Assembly: GCF_963921235.1 (NCBI RefSeq)
Contig: NC_086097.1
Span: 54,686,001-54,750,000, forward strand
Length of the DNA: 64,000 nt
Direction of reading: 5' to 3'
DNA from: Mobula hypostoma
Taxonomy: Eukaryota
The position numbers were made by a program, and so were the translations under genes. Below are positions 62,560-64,000 of this stretch, piece by piece. The first letter of the stretch is position 1. Every line of letters starts with the position of its first letter. The notes below the pieces were generated by a model. That model was not told the DNA's origin and ran no database searches. It worked only from the letters and a program-made list of their open reading frames with translations.

Positions 62560-63620
62560 TTGGCAAGACTAGGCACAGAACAGGCAACTGCTTTGCTATT
62601 TCAAGCTTCTGATTAAGTGTTATTTCAACTCCACTTCCTATTCCCACACTTACTTGTCTGTCTTCAGCCTTTTTGTTACAGCCATGGTGAAGCCAAATGC
62701 AAACTAAAAGAACAGCACTTAACTTCCACTTTGATAGCCCATAGCCCAAAAGTATGAACATTGAATTTTCTGGCCGCCCTGAGTTACTCTCCCTTTACTT
62801 ATCTTTTCCATTCCTCCTCCCACCTGCCTCCCCTTATTACCATAACTTCACCCTCCTCCACCTGGTTCCATCTCCCTGTTACCCCCTCCCTTATGTAGCT
62901 CCACATATCAACCATCAACTCCCAGCTCCACTCGGATTTATCTGCCAAATATTTATTTTTTTACCTATTTCCATACATCATTTATCAGCCTCCATCTCCA
63001 CTCATTCCGCCCCTTCCCTATCTACCTATGAATCCCCCACTATATTTTTGTGGGGTACAGAGGAATTTTGACAGGGGTACTGTATATGTCTAGAACTAAT
63101 TATCATTAGAAAGGAATAAGTATTAGATGTCTGAACAGGCCCAGAGGAGGATAAATCAAGAGGGTCGGATGAAATATATCCCAGGGTGCTCTGGAAGGCA
63201 AAGAAAGAGACTGTTGGGGCTCTAACAGAGATTTTTAGATCTTCACAGCTCACAGGCAAGGTGCTAGGTGATTCCAGGTCAGCAAATATGGTACCTTTAT
63301 TCAAGAAGGACAGCAGGGATAAACCAGGTAATTAATGAAGCTGTGAGTCCATAGTCACTAATTGGAAAATATTCTGAACAGAATTATGTGCAATTAGAAA
63401 AGCAAGGATTAATCAAATTGAGACAGAACAGTTTTAATAAGCTAAATCTTGTTTCACCAATTTATTCCAAAGGAGTAACTAAGGACAGTGTGAGCGATGT
63501 AATCTACATGAATTTCAGTTAAGTCTTTAACAAGCTCCCATACGGAACTAATCCAAGGTTAAAGTCCATGGGGAAGGCTGGCAAAGTAAATATAAGAGTA
63601 AGATGATAGTAGATGATTGG
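62560..63620 (+). mobile_element. Highly decayed Penelope 3' remnant (~62560-63030) and CR1 remnant (~63130-63620)
   Basis: Similarity to 4900-5350; DKS.G.D.IYPRVL and PLFKK motifs. Confidence 0.55.
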
Positions 63621-64000
63621 ATGGGCATACTGGAAGTATGAACAATCATATGCATTTATTTAAATTAATTTAGTAGATTGTGCTACTTTCTGGACATCCT
63701 AACTTCCAAATGTTCCTGATATTGGGAATGGACGACACTAATAGCACTAAAAAGGAGAAATTGAGACCACCACTTCATATAGACATCATCAGTTGCTAGT
63801 TGCCACATTATTCCCAATATGAAGCAGGTCAAGGTCCACTGCACCTTGGTCTTTCTATATTCTAAATTAGTAGAGTGAAGTCCTCAAGTGAATCAGGATT
63901 AGAAGCCAGATCTTGATTGCATACTAAAAGAAAAGTTCTTGTTAATATTTGCAGATTTTTTCCTTTTGCTTCCTGATCCAAAAAGGTGCTAGAAAAGGGC

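Noticed and set aside
1..64000. Prokaryote-type systems (CRISPR, retron, operons) suggested by the RT and nuclease ORFs
   Set aside because: The sequence is an intron-rich vertebrate gene. All RT and nuclease ORFs belong to eukaryotic retroelements, and no repeat-spacer array is seen.

Overview
Eukaryotic genomic DNA from a vertebrate. The repeat landscape (CR1, Rex1/Babar, Neptune-type Penelope, HE1/V-SINE-like SINEs) suggests a cartilaginous fish, probably a ray; that assignment is inference. The window lies inside one gene on the minus strand, WDHD1 (AND-1/Ctf4). I assembled 22 consecutive GT-AG coding exons between 61933 and 10882, totalling 2985 nt or 995 codons with all phases consistent, covering the WD40, SepB and HMG-box regions. 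The first coding exons and the last exon were not found and probably lie outside the window. Exon numbers follow my recollection of the human 26-exon structure. Introns are densely filled with mostly decayed retroelements, which explain nearly all ORFs in the track. Four observations stand out: (1) a CR1 copy whose 5' ~230 bp carries dense sense-strand A-to-G changes, resembling ADAR-hyper-edited RNA reverse-transcribed into the genome; (2) a 4.1-kb composite of two inverted Penelope arms around a CR1 fragment, bounded by one apparent target-site duplication (TSD); (3) minimal hammerhead ribozymes in those arms; (4) a candidate non-circularly permuted hammerhead in the 3' UTR of a Hero-like RLE retrotransposon. 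Repeat family names come from motif recognition only, and repeat boundaries are approximate unless a TSD is given.
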